64,000 bases of DNA from the NCBI GenBank assembly GCA_963789265.1, contig CAWBKB010000001.1:352001-416000 (forward strand). The letters are read 5' to 3'. This document shows, one piece after another, positions 19,676 to 29,209 of this stretch. Below the pieces are notes generated by a model. The model did no database searches and had not been told where the DNA came from. It worked only from the letters and a program-made list of their open reading frames with translations. Within the stretch, counting starts at the first letter, position 1; each line of letters opens with the position of its first letter. A program made the position numbers and the translations under genes. The DNA comes from an uncultured delta proteobacterium (GTDB lineage: Bacteria; Desulfobacterota; Desulfomonilia; Desulfomonilales; Desulfomonilaceae).

Positions 19676-20583
19676 TAAGCGTCACCGGCATACATAAGAA
19701 GTTTGGCGCAATACAAGCTGTGGACGGCATGGATTTCGAATGTTCACCCGGAGAGATGATGGCTTTGATTGGACCTAACGGCTCAGGGAAATCCACGGCG
19801 CTCAGAATCATAGCGGGGCTGATGCAACCGGACGAAGGGGAGGTCCGGATTCGCGGCGAACTGATGACTATATCTGCGGTTGAACTTCGAAAGAAGATCT
19901 CCTACCTGCCTCAAAGAGTCGCGTTCCCCGAGCAGGTGACTGCCAAGGAACTGCTCACTTTTTTTGCGAGAATCAGGAAAGTTCAGGAGTCAAGGGTTTC
20001 AGAGCTGATCTCCGCTTTCGGATTTCACGATTTTGAAAGAAAGAAAGTCAGTGAGCTTTCGGGTGGAATGTTGCAGCGACTGGCAATAGCCGTAGTGTTC
20101 TTACCCGAGGCGGATCTATATATACTGGACGAGGCAACCAATAATCTTGATGCCGAAGGCTTGACTCGTTTTCACGAAGAAACGCTTTCAGTATTGAGAA
20201 AAGGCGCTGCTTTAGTCATGTCGACGCACATTATTAAAGAAGTTGAAAACCTGGCCCACAAAATCGCGATAGTCGCGCACGGCCGTGTTGTGTTGACAAG
20301 GAGAGTTGAGCAGTTCGTTAAAGACGTGGGCCAATCTCGCAAGATGTGGGTAACCTTGGAAAATCTCTCGAAAGACCACAAAGAGATCGCTCTTAAGGTG
20401 GGTGCTGAAAAGGTGCTTCTAAATTGCGATACCATGACTATTGCGTGCAAGGCGGACTTGCGAATCCCCATATTGAATGCCTTGTTCCAGGCAGGGGCAA
20501 TCGTCAGGGAATTTGGTTTGCAGGAGCCATCTCTAGAGAAAATTTACTATCAATGCCTCAGCGTGGAGGAGTCTGAACAGTAA
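19672..20583 (+). CDS. nosF: ABC transporter ATP-binding subunit NosF
   Basis: GPNGSGKS, LSGGM, ILDE; ATGA overlap with nosD. Confidence 0.85.
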   Translation: MISVTGIHKKFGAIQAVDGMDFECSPGEMMALIGPNGSGKSTALRIIAGLMQPDEGEVRIRGELMTISAVELRKKISYLPQRVAFPEQVTAKELLTFFARIRKVQESRVSELISAFGFHDFERKKVSELSGGMLQRLAIAVVFLPEADLYILDEATNNLDAEGLTRFHEETLSVLRKGAALVMSTHIIKEVENLAHKIAIVAHGRVVLTRRVEQFVKDVGQSRKMWVTLENLSKDHKEIALKVGAEKVLLNCDTMTIACKADLRIPILNALFQAGAIVREFGLQEPSLEKIYYQCLSVEESEQ

Positions 20584-20588
20584 GAATA

Positions 20589-21362
20589 ATGGTTTCAAAA
20601 AAAGCTCAAAACGTGATTCTTTCTGGGATGCTGCTGGCCCTGGTAGCCTGTGGCCGTAGCGGCGAGCCTGTCCCCGTGCCCATATACAAAGGGGAAGACG
20701 TCTGCGACACCTGTCACATGCTCATTAGCGACGTCCGATTTGCTGCGGAATGTGTGATGAAGAAGGGGCGCGTCAAGAAATTTGACGATATGATTTGCAT
20801 GGTTCGTTACTTTGATTCAGCCAAGACCTCAGAAGGTGCCACGAGAGATAAGGTTAGGGCTTACTTCGTAAAAGACTATGATACCACGGACTGGCTCGAA
20901 GCCCCCAAAGCTCATTTTGTCACGGCTGATATCACGACACCAATGGGCTCGGGCACCATTGCCTTTAAAGAAGAAGAAAGGGCCACTATTATTGCCCACG
21001 CGAATAAGGGCAAGTTACTAACCTTTGATGATCTGTGGAACGTGTTTAAGCAAGCGACCGTCAAGCGAGAAATAACAATCAAGAACGGCGTCATGACCCC
21101 TGAAGTCCTTTCGGTGAAGTACGGGGACCTTGTACAAATAAGAATAGACGTTGAAGACAACAAAGAATACAAGCTCGCAATCAAAGGCTATGAGGCTGAT
21201 GGGTTGTTTCCTGCCGCGTTACAAGGCCACCCTGCTTCCTTGAAATTGAAAGCCGATCGACCCGGTGACGACTTTTCTTTCATCGACACACAAACTAACG
21301 CGGAATTAGGGCGCTTCCGAGTAGAAGGAGCGCACTTCCCGGAAGAAATGAAAAAGAGGTGA
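20589..21362 (+). CDS. nosL: NosL copper chaperone lipoprotein with C-terminal cupredoxin-like extension
   Basis: Lipobox LVAC; CDTCHM; FDDMICM; TPMG; extra about 100-aa beta-rich C-terminal domain. Confidence 0.8.
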   Translation: MVSKKAQNVILSGMLLALVACGRSGEPVPVPIYKGEDVCDTCHMLISDVRFAAECVMKKGRVKKFDDMICMVRYFDSAKTSEGATRDKVRAYFVKDYDTTDWLEAPKAHFVTADITTPMGSGTIAFKEEERATIIAHANKGKLLTFDDLWNVFKQATVKREITIKNGVMTPEVLSVKYGDLVQIRIDVEDNKEYKLAIKGYEADGLFPAALQGHPASLKLKADRPGDDFSFIDTQTNAELGRFRVEGAHFPEEMKKR

Positions 21363-21369
21363 GTATCCA

Positions 21370-22207
21370 GTGCAGGCCGGTTCGATTACTGAAATAGCAA
21401 AGGTTGAACTGAAAATCCAACTGAGAAGCAAATGGATGCTGGGTTTTGGCATTCTCTTCGCCCTGATGATCACGGGCGTGTCTTACTATGGGCTTACCTT
21501 TCTTGGTTATGAGGCGGAATTTCAGGATTTCTATCGTACGACCGTGACCATGCTCCACCTGGTTTTCATCATCATTCCGGTAGTGGCGCTGGTGACCGCT
21601 GGTCAGAGTATTTCCAGCGATCCGGGGTACTTTGAGTTTCTCGCCTCTCAACCGGTCGGTCGTGCGGACATTCTTCTGGGAAAAGTGACGGGTCTGTTCC
21701 TGGCTCTGACCATAATGACCGTTCTGGGCTTCGGATTGGGCGGAATGGTTATTGCTTTGAAAAGCAATTCTCAAGGCATTTGGAAATTCTTTATTTTCAT
21801 TGGTACTTCTATCACGCTCGGGTTCATCTTTATCTCCCTGTCTACCCTGCTTTCGGTGCTGTCGAATCGCAAGCCCATGGCGATGATAACTGCTCTGATC
21901 GTGTGGCTGTTTTTCCTGTTCATTTATGATTTTATCGTTCTTGCCGCGTCCTATTACATGGAAGAAGCCTATCTCAGAACCATTTTGTATTTTTCCTTAT
22001 TGGGTAATCCTATTGACATGGCCAGAGTGATAGTCTTGTTAACCGTAGGTGGTGAGGCGGCCCTGGGTCCCGCCGGTGCGGGTTTGCTCAGAAACCTTCG
22101 GGGGAGCAGCTACGTCCGCGATGGCAGCCGTAGGTCTCTTGGCTATCTGGGCGATAATTCCCCTGATCGGTGCGGTTCTCGTTTTCAAGAAACAGGACAT
22201 TGCGTGA
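21370..22207 (+). CDS. nosY: ABC permease NosY; frameshift near 22095
   Basis: Multi-TM; LASQPVGRADILLGK; NPID. The corrected C-terminus ends with a TM helix and KKQDIA* at 22207. Confidence 0.85.
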
Positions 22208-22257
22208 TATGGCTGTTTTCGTAGATGATCTGATCGGACAGGTCGGTCGCAATTCAA

Positions 22258-22534
22258 CTCTCCCGACGTCGGGAGAGATCCCTGCATCGACCGCCCTTGG
22301 CGTCAGAATGTGTCCATCGAAAGCAAAAGTTGGGAAGAGATCGGAGGATGCACAGACTGGCATGTGAAAGGACGGAGGGGAACAGGCCATTGGTGTCAGA
22401 TGGGAAGGGCGACGGTGCTGAATGCGTTTTTCGCGGGAATCTCGGCAAGACGGCTCTGGGATCGCATGGCTGTTTCTCAGGACAATTTCTTGGGCAGGGC
22501 GGACTAAGATCCAGCTCTCCCGATGTCGGGAGAG
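22258..22534. repeat. Two copies of a 20-bp palindrome ctctcccga(c/t)gtcgggagag
   Basis: 22258-22277 (perfect) and 22515-22534; related copy at 25131-25150. Confidence 0.7.
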
Positions 22535-22706
22535 TTCGCCGAGGATCGCAGCGTGTTTTCACCGTGTCGGCCCTAACTTCGGATTCATTTTCAAAACAGT
22601 GATGACTTCGGGTTCTTGGCCGAGATGGGGTGATTTCGAGGACGGCGAAGTTTTCTAGTGACTCCCCGGGGCAGCCTATAATTCGGGCTTATTGGAGGTA
22701 TGAAGG

Positions 22707-22902
22707 TGTCCCCACTTTGTCCCCACTTTTTGAAAACTAGCGGGTCGGAGCGGGTTCTACGGGGATCGAAAGGGCTTGAAAAGACTAAGGTTCGTGGGCA
22801 AGAAGTTGATAAGATTCGCCAATCTCATGGTTCGCAGCACGTGACGGGAAAAGGCCGAAATCGTGCTAAATCTGGACACGGGGATGGTCACAAAATGGTC
22901 AC
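22707..22902. repeat. Tandem repeats with 11-bp period resembling integrase arm-type sites
   Basis: tgtccccactt x2 (22707-22728) and atggtcac x2 (22884-22902), upstream of a tRNA fragment. Confidence 0.5.
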
Positions 22903-23009
22903 TTTTTTTGTGACCAGAAGGGATTGGAAGGGATCGTGAGGGACTAAAAGGCATTGAAATCGTTCAGGCTCAGGTGTAGGTTCCCGTATCTATTTGGTGT
23001 GCCAATGAA

Positions 23010-23054
23010 TTCGGGATGCAGGGGTCGCTGATTCAAATCCAGTCGTCCCAACCA
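23010..23054 (+). mobile_element. 3' half of tRNA-Pro(CGG); putative att site
   Basis: ttcggga (anticodon loop) tgcag gggtc gctga ttcaaat ccagt cgtccca acca; the 5' half and D-arm are absent. Confidence 0.75.
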
Positions 23055-23062
23055 TGAATTTC

Positions 23063-23110
23063 ATGAAAGATCAGGGTGTTATGTTGGAGCACTGCACCCT
23101 GATTTTTCAT
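23063..23110. terminator. 16-bp inverted repeat after the tRNA fragment
   Basis: atgaaagatcagggtg / caccctgatttttcat followed by a T-run. Confidence 0.5.
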
Positions 23111-23485
23111 TTTACAGGGCCTTAAGGGACTTTTTGGGCGTCTTTTTCAGTGCGCTCCTGTTCAGTATCCTCGATTAGATCCAACTCCGTCCATCCACAG
23201 TCGAAGCTCATGTTGTCCACTGCTCTAAGTGTACATTTTCGCTTTGCCGCAAGCCGAACGGTAAGCTTTTCTCAAGAAGGAGGAGATAGGCTTCTTTCAT
23301 CAACGTCTTGACAGTTTGGCCCTGGTCGGGTCTCGTGATAGATCATACGAGAGTCGTTTCGCACCATGAAAATTACCCAGGGGCCTGGTGGCAGCCCTAG
23401 AACCTTCAAGATGACGACGTCACATAATTACCATGAAGAATCAGCGGTATTACCGGGCAAGGCTTTTTTGAAGGAGGAAAGACGA

Positions 23486-25025
23486 ATGCGTGCACGAAAT
23501 CAACTACTGATACGCTTAGCTTTGATTGCTCTCATCACGGTCGCCTCCAGTACCTAGCAGCGGCCAGGGTCTAACGGGTGCCCCCACTGAACCACAGCAC
23601 AAATACTCCACCCCAATGCCGCCCGGCATCGCGTCGCCAAACAAGGTAGAGACTCGCCTCGGGACCCTGAATTTCTTCGACGGATTTCCGGACAAGCCGA
23701 CTGTCGAGAAGCTCTTCGACAACCTGGACTTTCAGCGGGCCGTACAGTCCTACTTGCTGGCGATCCCGGCTGTGAGCCAAGCGGCGAACCGTAACGCGAT
23801 TCGCACCTTGGGCCCCAACAACACCGTTGTACCGATCTTCGAGCAGCTCACGGACTCACGGTCGATATTCCTCACGCTAAACAACAACACGGTTTACAGT
23901 TGGGCGTGGATTGATCTCAGCAAAGGCCCGGTGGTCTTGGAAGTGCCCCCTCAAGTGCTTGGCGAGATCAACGATATGTGGTGCCGCTGGGTCATCGATA
24001 TCGGCATCACAGGACCGGATGAGGGTAAAGGTGGCAAATATCTATTGCTACCACCAGGCTACAAGGGCGAGGTGCCGAGCGGCTACATCCTTGTGCGCTC
24101 TCCGACGGTCAACCTCTGGACTCCGTGGCGCAGCTTCCTCGTCAACGGCGATCCGAAGCCGGGCGTAGACCTTGTGAAGAAGTTTACGCGGATATACCCA
24201 CTATCCCAAGCTACCAATCCGCCGCGTTTGAAGTTCGTGGACCTCTCCGCAAAACCTTTCAACACCGTCGCCCCCGCAGACTACAGTTTTTGGGAGCTGC
24301 TCAATCAGGTGGTGCAGGAAGAGCCGACCGATTCGCTGGACCAGGTCAGGCTAGGCTTTTATGCTTCGATTGGCATACAGAAGGGCAAGGACTTCGCGCC
24401 GGACGAACGCATGAAGAAGATACTCACTGAGGCAGCGGCGGTGGGCGATGCCACAACCCGTGCCATCTGCTTCCACGCCCGCCAGAAGGAGGCTTACTAC
24501 TATTCGGACAGCGCCTGGCAGCCTCTGCTTATTGGTGGCTACAAATTCCAAACCCAGCCTGGGGTCCTCAACCTTGACGCTTATTCGTTCTACTACTTTT
24601 TTGGGATCGGCGTCACACCTGCCATGGAAGAAAAGATGGTCGGTCGCGGCTCGCAATACGCTTGGACCTGCTCCGACGCAAACCGGAATCCTCTTGATGG
24701 AGGGAGGAACTACAAGCTGCACTTGCCGCCCAATGTCCCTGTCAAAGAATTCTGGTCAGTGATCGTGTACAGCGACCAGACGCGCTCAATGCTCCAGACT
24801 GACCAGCGGTTTCCGAGCGTAAGCAGCCAAACCAAGGGACTCTTGGTAAATTCTGACGGGTCGGTAGATGTCTATTTCGGGCCAAAGGCCCCACCCCGCA
24901 AACAGAACAACTGGGTGCAGACTATCCCCGGCACGCGCTGGAACACGATCCTGCGCCTTTACGGGCCGCTAGAGCCGTGGTTCGATAAGGCATGGCGGCC
25001 GGGAGAGATCCTACTCCAGCCGTGA
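23486..25025 (+). CDS. DUF1254/DUF1214 exported protein; frameshift in the signal region near 23545
   Basis: AAGGAGG RBS before ATG 23486; TRLGTLNFFDG, NNNTVY, FWSV, GSVDVYFGP, RLYGP. Confidence 0.8.
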
Positions 25026-25640
25026 CCCGTAAACATCTTTCGTAGGTGGTGCTTCCGAGCGCTGCTGTGTCAATTTTGTTGCATTTGATCGTCTTAAAAT
25101 TTTCGCGGTCAAATGCCCTGTCAGACTTGTTCTCCCGATGCGTCGGGAGACATAGATTTAGTCCGGAATTTTAACTGGGAGTGACTTAGCGGAGCGGTAC
25201 CAGTAACTGATAAACTGTTTGGGACGAGAATCTGCGAAATTTTGATTGACGATGGGGTGAGGTACGGACAAAGCCGGCAAAATCAGGCCCTGTGAACCAA
25301 ATAACGATGGTTTTGCTTGCGTCAGGTCGTTCGGAAATCCAATCGGTGACCTTTCGGGGGTCAGCGGAAGAGCTACCTCCCCGTCACACAAAGCCTCCGG
25401 ACGCTCAAGATGGCTGGGAGGCTGTTGCGTAATCCCGCGTCCGCGGGACGGAACGTGTCCGGGGCACCGGGCTTGCATGGGCGGTACCCACATGCTGCGT
25501 TGCAGCAGGATCGGCCATCAAGAGATCCCCCATGCGGCGCTCCTCGGCAAATAGAGATTAGGAGGAGCCATCGAAATCGATGTGTAGATCCAAATGGCCT
25601 ATTAGTGAATGAGCCAAGCATAGACCTGCCCCCCGCGCAC

Positions 25641-25778
25641 ATTTCACTTTGTCCACTTGGCACAACACCTCAGTTCGAGATGACCGCGTCGAACTTCGAG
25701 TTTTGGACGGTTCAGGGTGGAGCAGCGTATGAATTTAAAAAGGGCTATTCGATTCTTGGGGGATTCATGTGGTCTCAG
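25641..25778 (+). pseudogene. 138-bp internal fragment homologous to gene 27991-29010
   Basis: Near-identical to 28423-28560 (TPQFEMTASNFEFWTVQGGAAYEFKKGYSILGGFMWSQ). Confidence 0.85.
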
Positions 25779-25794
25779 GAGGTAAATGAGCGAA

Positions 25795-27480
25795 TCAAAA
25801 ACTGAAACTCATTGAGCACCGGCTTGCAAAAATATGGTCAATGGTCCGCCCTGGATTAGTGCCCCAGAAGTTTCCGGGTACCGGTACGTTCCAGCCGGGT
25901 ACAGCTCTGTCTATGCAGGCATATCTAAACCATTTTCCAGGTTGCCAGTACCCGACGAGAAATTCGAGATCCAATCCTTCCAGCCACGTCCATTCCAGGC
26001 CCGCATTTATCTCCCAGCCGAGCGCGGTATCCGGAATATTCGGCGAACCGGTCGCGCCGTTTATTGCAAACTGGATGTTTCCGTCGTTTGCTGTGGGTAC
26101 AAACTGCGGCGGCATCGCGGGGTCATTGGGGGCTATGCAGGCCCAGCCGTAACCGTTGGCAGTCCTCTCCGCCCAAAGAAAGGTCCCGAACACATTCAGG
26201 TTTGCTGCCACAGCATAATCCAGTCTCGTCCCGAGCACCCAAGCATCCCGCAAATAGCCGTCCAGAGAGAGGTTATAACCATTGAAACCTCCTCCATAAC
26301 TGTAGCTCAGGATGTAACTGTACGGCCGGAACACATCAACATTACCTAGTAGAGTGTCAAAGCTGGGATGCCACACAAATGCAGCGGATTGTCTGCCTAT
26401 CAAGGCCGAGTTCCTCCGATCGGGTCCAGGCGTCCACGCATAGAGGAATGATAACTTTGCCGGTCCACTCACCACCCCTGTCTCGGCCATGTAACGCCAT
26501 TGCTCGGTGTCTCGCGGGTTGGGGAGGTGAGCGAAAGCATCGGCCCTGGACAACCGATCGTTCCAATAGAGCCACGCAGCCTCTGCATTCAAAAAGAACC
26601 TACCGTTGAAGTACTTTTCGAAAATTGTCCCGTGAAAATATCCCGAATCCTGCCCCAAATCAGGGGCTGCCACCAGGGACGGTGCTGCCGCGCCCAGTAA
26701 TTGCGCCTCCGGGCCAATGTGATATCCCCCGTACGATGCGAGAATACCCGCCTGAAACGGACCGTCGATATATGCCACGTATGACACTATGTCATTGGTG
26801 ATCACACCGCTCTTGTCCGCGTGATTGAAGTAAGGCGCTGCAATAGGATCGTACGGATCGATGGTTATGGTCTCTCCCGGGCTTGTAGGCGTGTGCGAAC
26901 AGAACCCGACACCTATGTCAAACGGGCCGTAAGGAGCGTTCAAAATCATGGACTCAGTCGTAAGAGCATCAGAGCCGTCATACTGAAAGCCCGTTCCGAA
27001 TTTCCATCGTCGCTTCCCTACTCCGAAGGTGCCCCAAGGCAATGAAGCAGTAGCCCAGAACATCGTCAACTTCGCTTTGCTGAAAGCGTTATCAGTGCCA
27101 AGAGCATCTTGGGTAAAGTAATGGCTTATCTGGGGAACGCTCCATTTTTCAAGGCGGAATCTTGCTTGAAGCTTTATAGCCGAATTGATATTTACCACAG
27201 GCTCGAATACTCCATCGATGTACGATATGCCGTGGTCCTGCCCGGTGACGATGTCTTGGGTAAGTCTTGGACCGTTCCACCAGTAGTTGAGATTGGCTGT
27301 TGTCGTACCTACTCCCCTGTCAATATTGTACCGTCCGAAAAGGCCGTTGGAACCTGACTGACTGTAAAACTCGTTGGTCCACGTCAACGAGCCGGTCATC
27401 TGAAATTCCCATCCCGGAGCGGGAACAGCACCAAGGCGCACAACCGCTACCGCTGCCAACACGTGCCCGATTCTAGTCAC
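25795..27480 (-). CDS. Putative outer-membrane beta-barrel/porin-like protein
   Basis: 561-aa ORF, signal-like N-terminus, aromatic/Gly-rich strands, C-terminal Phe. Confidence 0.6.
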   Translation of the reverse strand: MTRIGHVLAAVAVVRLGAVPAPGWEFQMTGSLTWTNEFYSQSGSNGLFGRYNIDRGVGTTTANLNYWWNGPRLTQDIVTGQDHGISYIDGVFEPVVNINSAIKLQARFRLEKWSVPQISHYFTQDALGTDNAFSKAKLTMFWATASLPWGTFGVGKRRWKFGTGFQYDGSDALTTESMILNAPYGPFDIGVGFCSHTPTSPGETITIDPYDPIAAPYFNHADKSGVITNDIVSYVAYIDGPFQAGILASYGGYHIGPEAQLLGAAAPSLVAAPDLGQDSGYFHGTIFEKYFNGRFFLNAEAAWLYWNDRLSRADAFAHLPNPRDTEQWRYMAETGVVSGPAKLSFLYAWTPGPDRRNSALIGRQSAAFVWHPSFDTLLGNVDVFRPYSYILSYSYGGGFNGYNLSLDGYLRDAWVLGTRLDYAVAANLNVFGTFLWAERTANGYGWACIAPNDPAMPPQFVPTANDGNIQFAINGATGSPNIPDTALGWEINAGLEWTWLEGLDLEFLVGYWQPGKWFRYACIDRAVPGWNVPVPGNFWGTNPGRTIDHIFASRCSMSFSF

Positions 27481-27990
27481 TTATCAACCTGCCTAATCAA
27501 ATGCACTTAGTCAAATTTCACTCCATAACGGAACCAGCAGAGATCTCCAGACAAATTGCCGACCCCAAGCTCCGCGACCGCGAGAGCCCACAACGTTGGA
27601 AACTACTTTTTTGTCGTTGGGAACCCTGGATTTTGCCCTTTCTAGACCCTACTTCACTGTTGTCCCAGCGGTCAATCACTTTTTCGTTTTGTTTTTTGAA
27701 ACAACATCCCAGTATTATGTTATTCCCCACCCAACGTGTACCCTGCCTTGCTGACGGTCACGTTCAGCAAAAAAAAACTTTCCCCTTTTGACGCATTCAT
27801 GTAAGATGCTGTCATTCGTAAGTTAATGATTTCATAAGAAAAGAAAACATGGCTCTCCGGGCCGACGATGTCCGCCGCCCAGGTTGATGTCCTCGCCACC
27901 TTTCGGGAGAGCCGGGCTTCCGCCTTGGAGGGCGGTTTTTGTCGCCTTCTTTTGTTCCGAGTGTTTTTGCATTACTGGGGGTATGGATTC

Positions 27991-29010
27991 ATGAAAAAGA
28001 TTTTATTGGTGGTGCTACTGCTGGGGATGCTTTTCCCGTCGGCCCTTTTGGGTCAAAGTATGTCCTCTTGCCTAATTCCTGCGAGTTCCCCGTCTTTACA
28101 ATCAACTTGCGAAGAATCCGGCGGGGGAAGCTTGTTTTCCAACCTTCCATTGCTCAAGACGCTGAAGGCTAAGAAAATCCTACTCAATCCGTCTGTGCAA
28201 ATCGGCTACCAGCACATTGGGGCAAATATGAGCATCCCTATCTCATCCGTTACCGGTACGGCCGCCGGACTGCTTCAGGTCGGCACGGTGGATGTGGCTC
28301 TGCAAAACTTTAATTTCTGGTCGGGAACCGTCGGTCTCAATGTCGTGGCCGCCCCATTCACGTTATTCGGATCCGCAACCGGTTACGCACCGCATATATT
28401 CCAGTTGTCAGGCCAAATCCCGATTACACTTGGTACACTGGGCGCAACGCCTCAGTTCGAGATGACTGCGTCCAACTTCGAGTTTTGGACGGTTCAGGGT
28501 GGAGCAGCGTATGAATTTAAAAAGGGCTATTCGATTCTCGGCGGATTCATGTGGTCTCAGATGGAAGCAGAGTTTGAGAATCCTCGAACTGCCTCCGGGC
28601 CATTACAGAACCAAACGATTCGTGGTGATGTGTTGCTGAAAATAGGGGTGCCTTTTCTCGGGATTCAGTATATGCAAGAGGGTTATTACCGAGCCGCCTT
28701 ACTTTACAGTCCTGTCGCCTGGTCTCAAGGCGCTCTTGACTTCAGGTCCTCCCAGCAAACATTGGCTGACCTGAGTTACTCCTTGAACCAGCCAGGGAAT
28801 TTTGTAGCAGTGACTGCCGAATATTATATTAAGTTCGCCCCTACGGTTAGTTTGAGCATGTGGTTTAACGGCAGCCTGGTCAACATAAGAGGCAGCTCAG
28901 ACCTCGAATTTACAACCGCTGGGCCGGCTACCTTTCGGACAAGGGACGTGACCATAACGAACACGCAATATCTGCTTGGAGGCGGAATTACTTTCGGACT
29001 GATATTTTGA
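27991..29010 (+). CDS. Putative outer-membrane beta-barrel protein
   Basis: Signal peptide, amphipathic strands, ends GGITFGLIF. Confidence 0.6.
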   Translation: MKKILLVVLLLGMLFPSALLGQSMSSCLIPASSPSLQSTCEESGGGSLFSNLPLLKTLKAKKILLNPSVQIGYQHIGANMSIPISSVTGTAAGLLQVGTVDVALQNFNFWSGTVGLNVVAAPFTLFGSATGYAPHIFQLSGQIPITLGTLGATPQFEMTASNFEFWTVQGGAAYEFKKGYSILGGFMWSQMEAEFENPRTASGPLQNQTIRGDVLLKIGVPFLGIQYMQEGYYRAALLYSPVAWSQGALDFRSSQQTLADLSYSLNQPGNFVAVTAEYYIKFAPTVSLSMWFNGSLVNIRGSSDLEFTTAGPATFRTRDVTITNTQYLLGGGITFGLIF

Positions 29011-29209
29011 TCAGCTAAAGAGGCGTCTGTTGTATTGTAGATAGTTTGACAGAATGTACATTTCACATTAAGATTAACAAGACAATTGAATAGAGTTATT
29101 GGCAGTTGCAACTGACAAAACATTGATACCTTCCAGCCGGAAATTGAATTCCGGCCTGTGTTAAAGATTAAGTGTGGTTCTTGAAATCCGGTGATGCAAT
29201 GGGGGAGTA

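Noticed and set aside
22960..23054. Intact tRNA-Pro gene
   Set aside because: No acceptor 5' strand or D-arm upstream and a T-stem mismatch; treated as an att fragment
23110..23300. Integrase C-terminal remnant right of the att site
   Set aside because: Position is suggestive but no catalytic motif is recognisable; needs BLASTX
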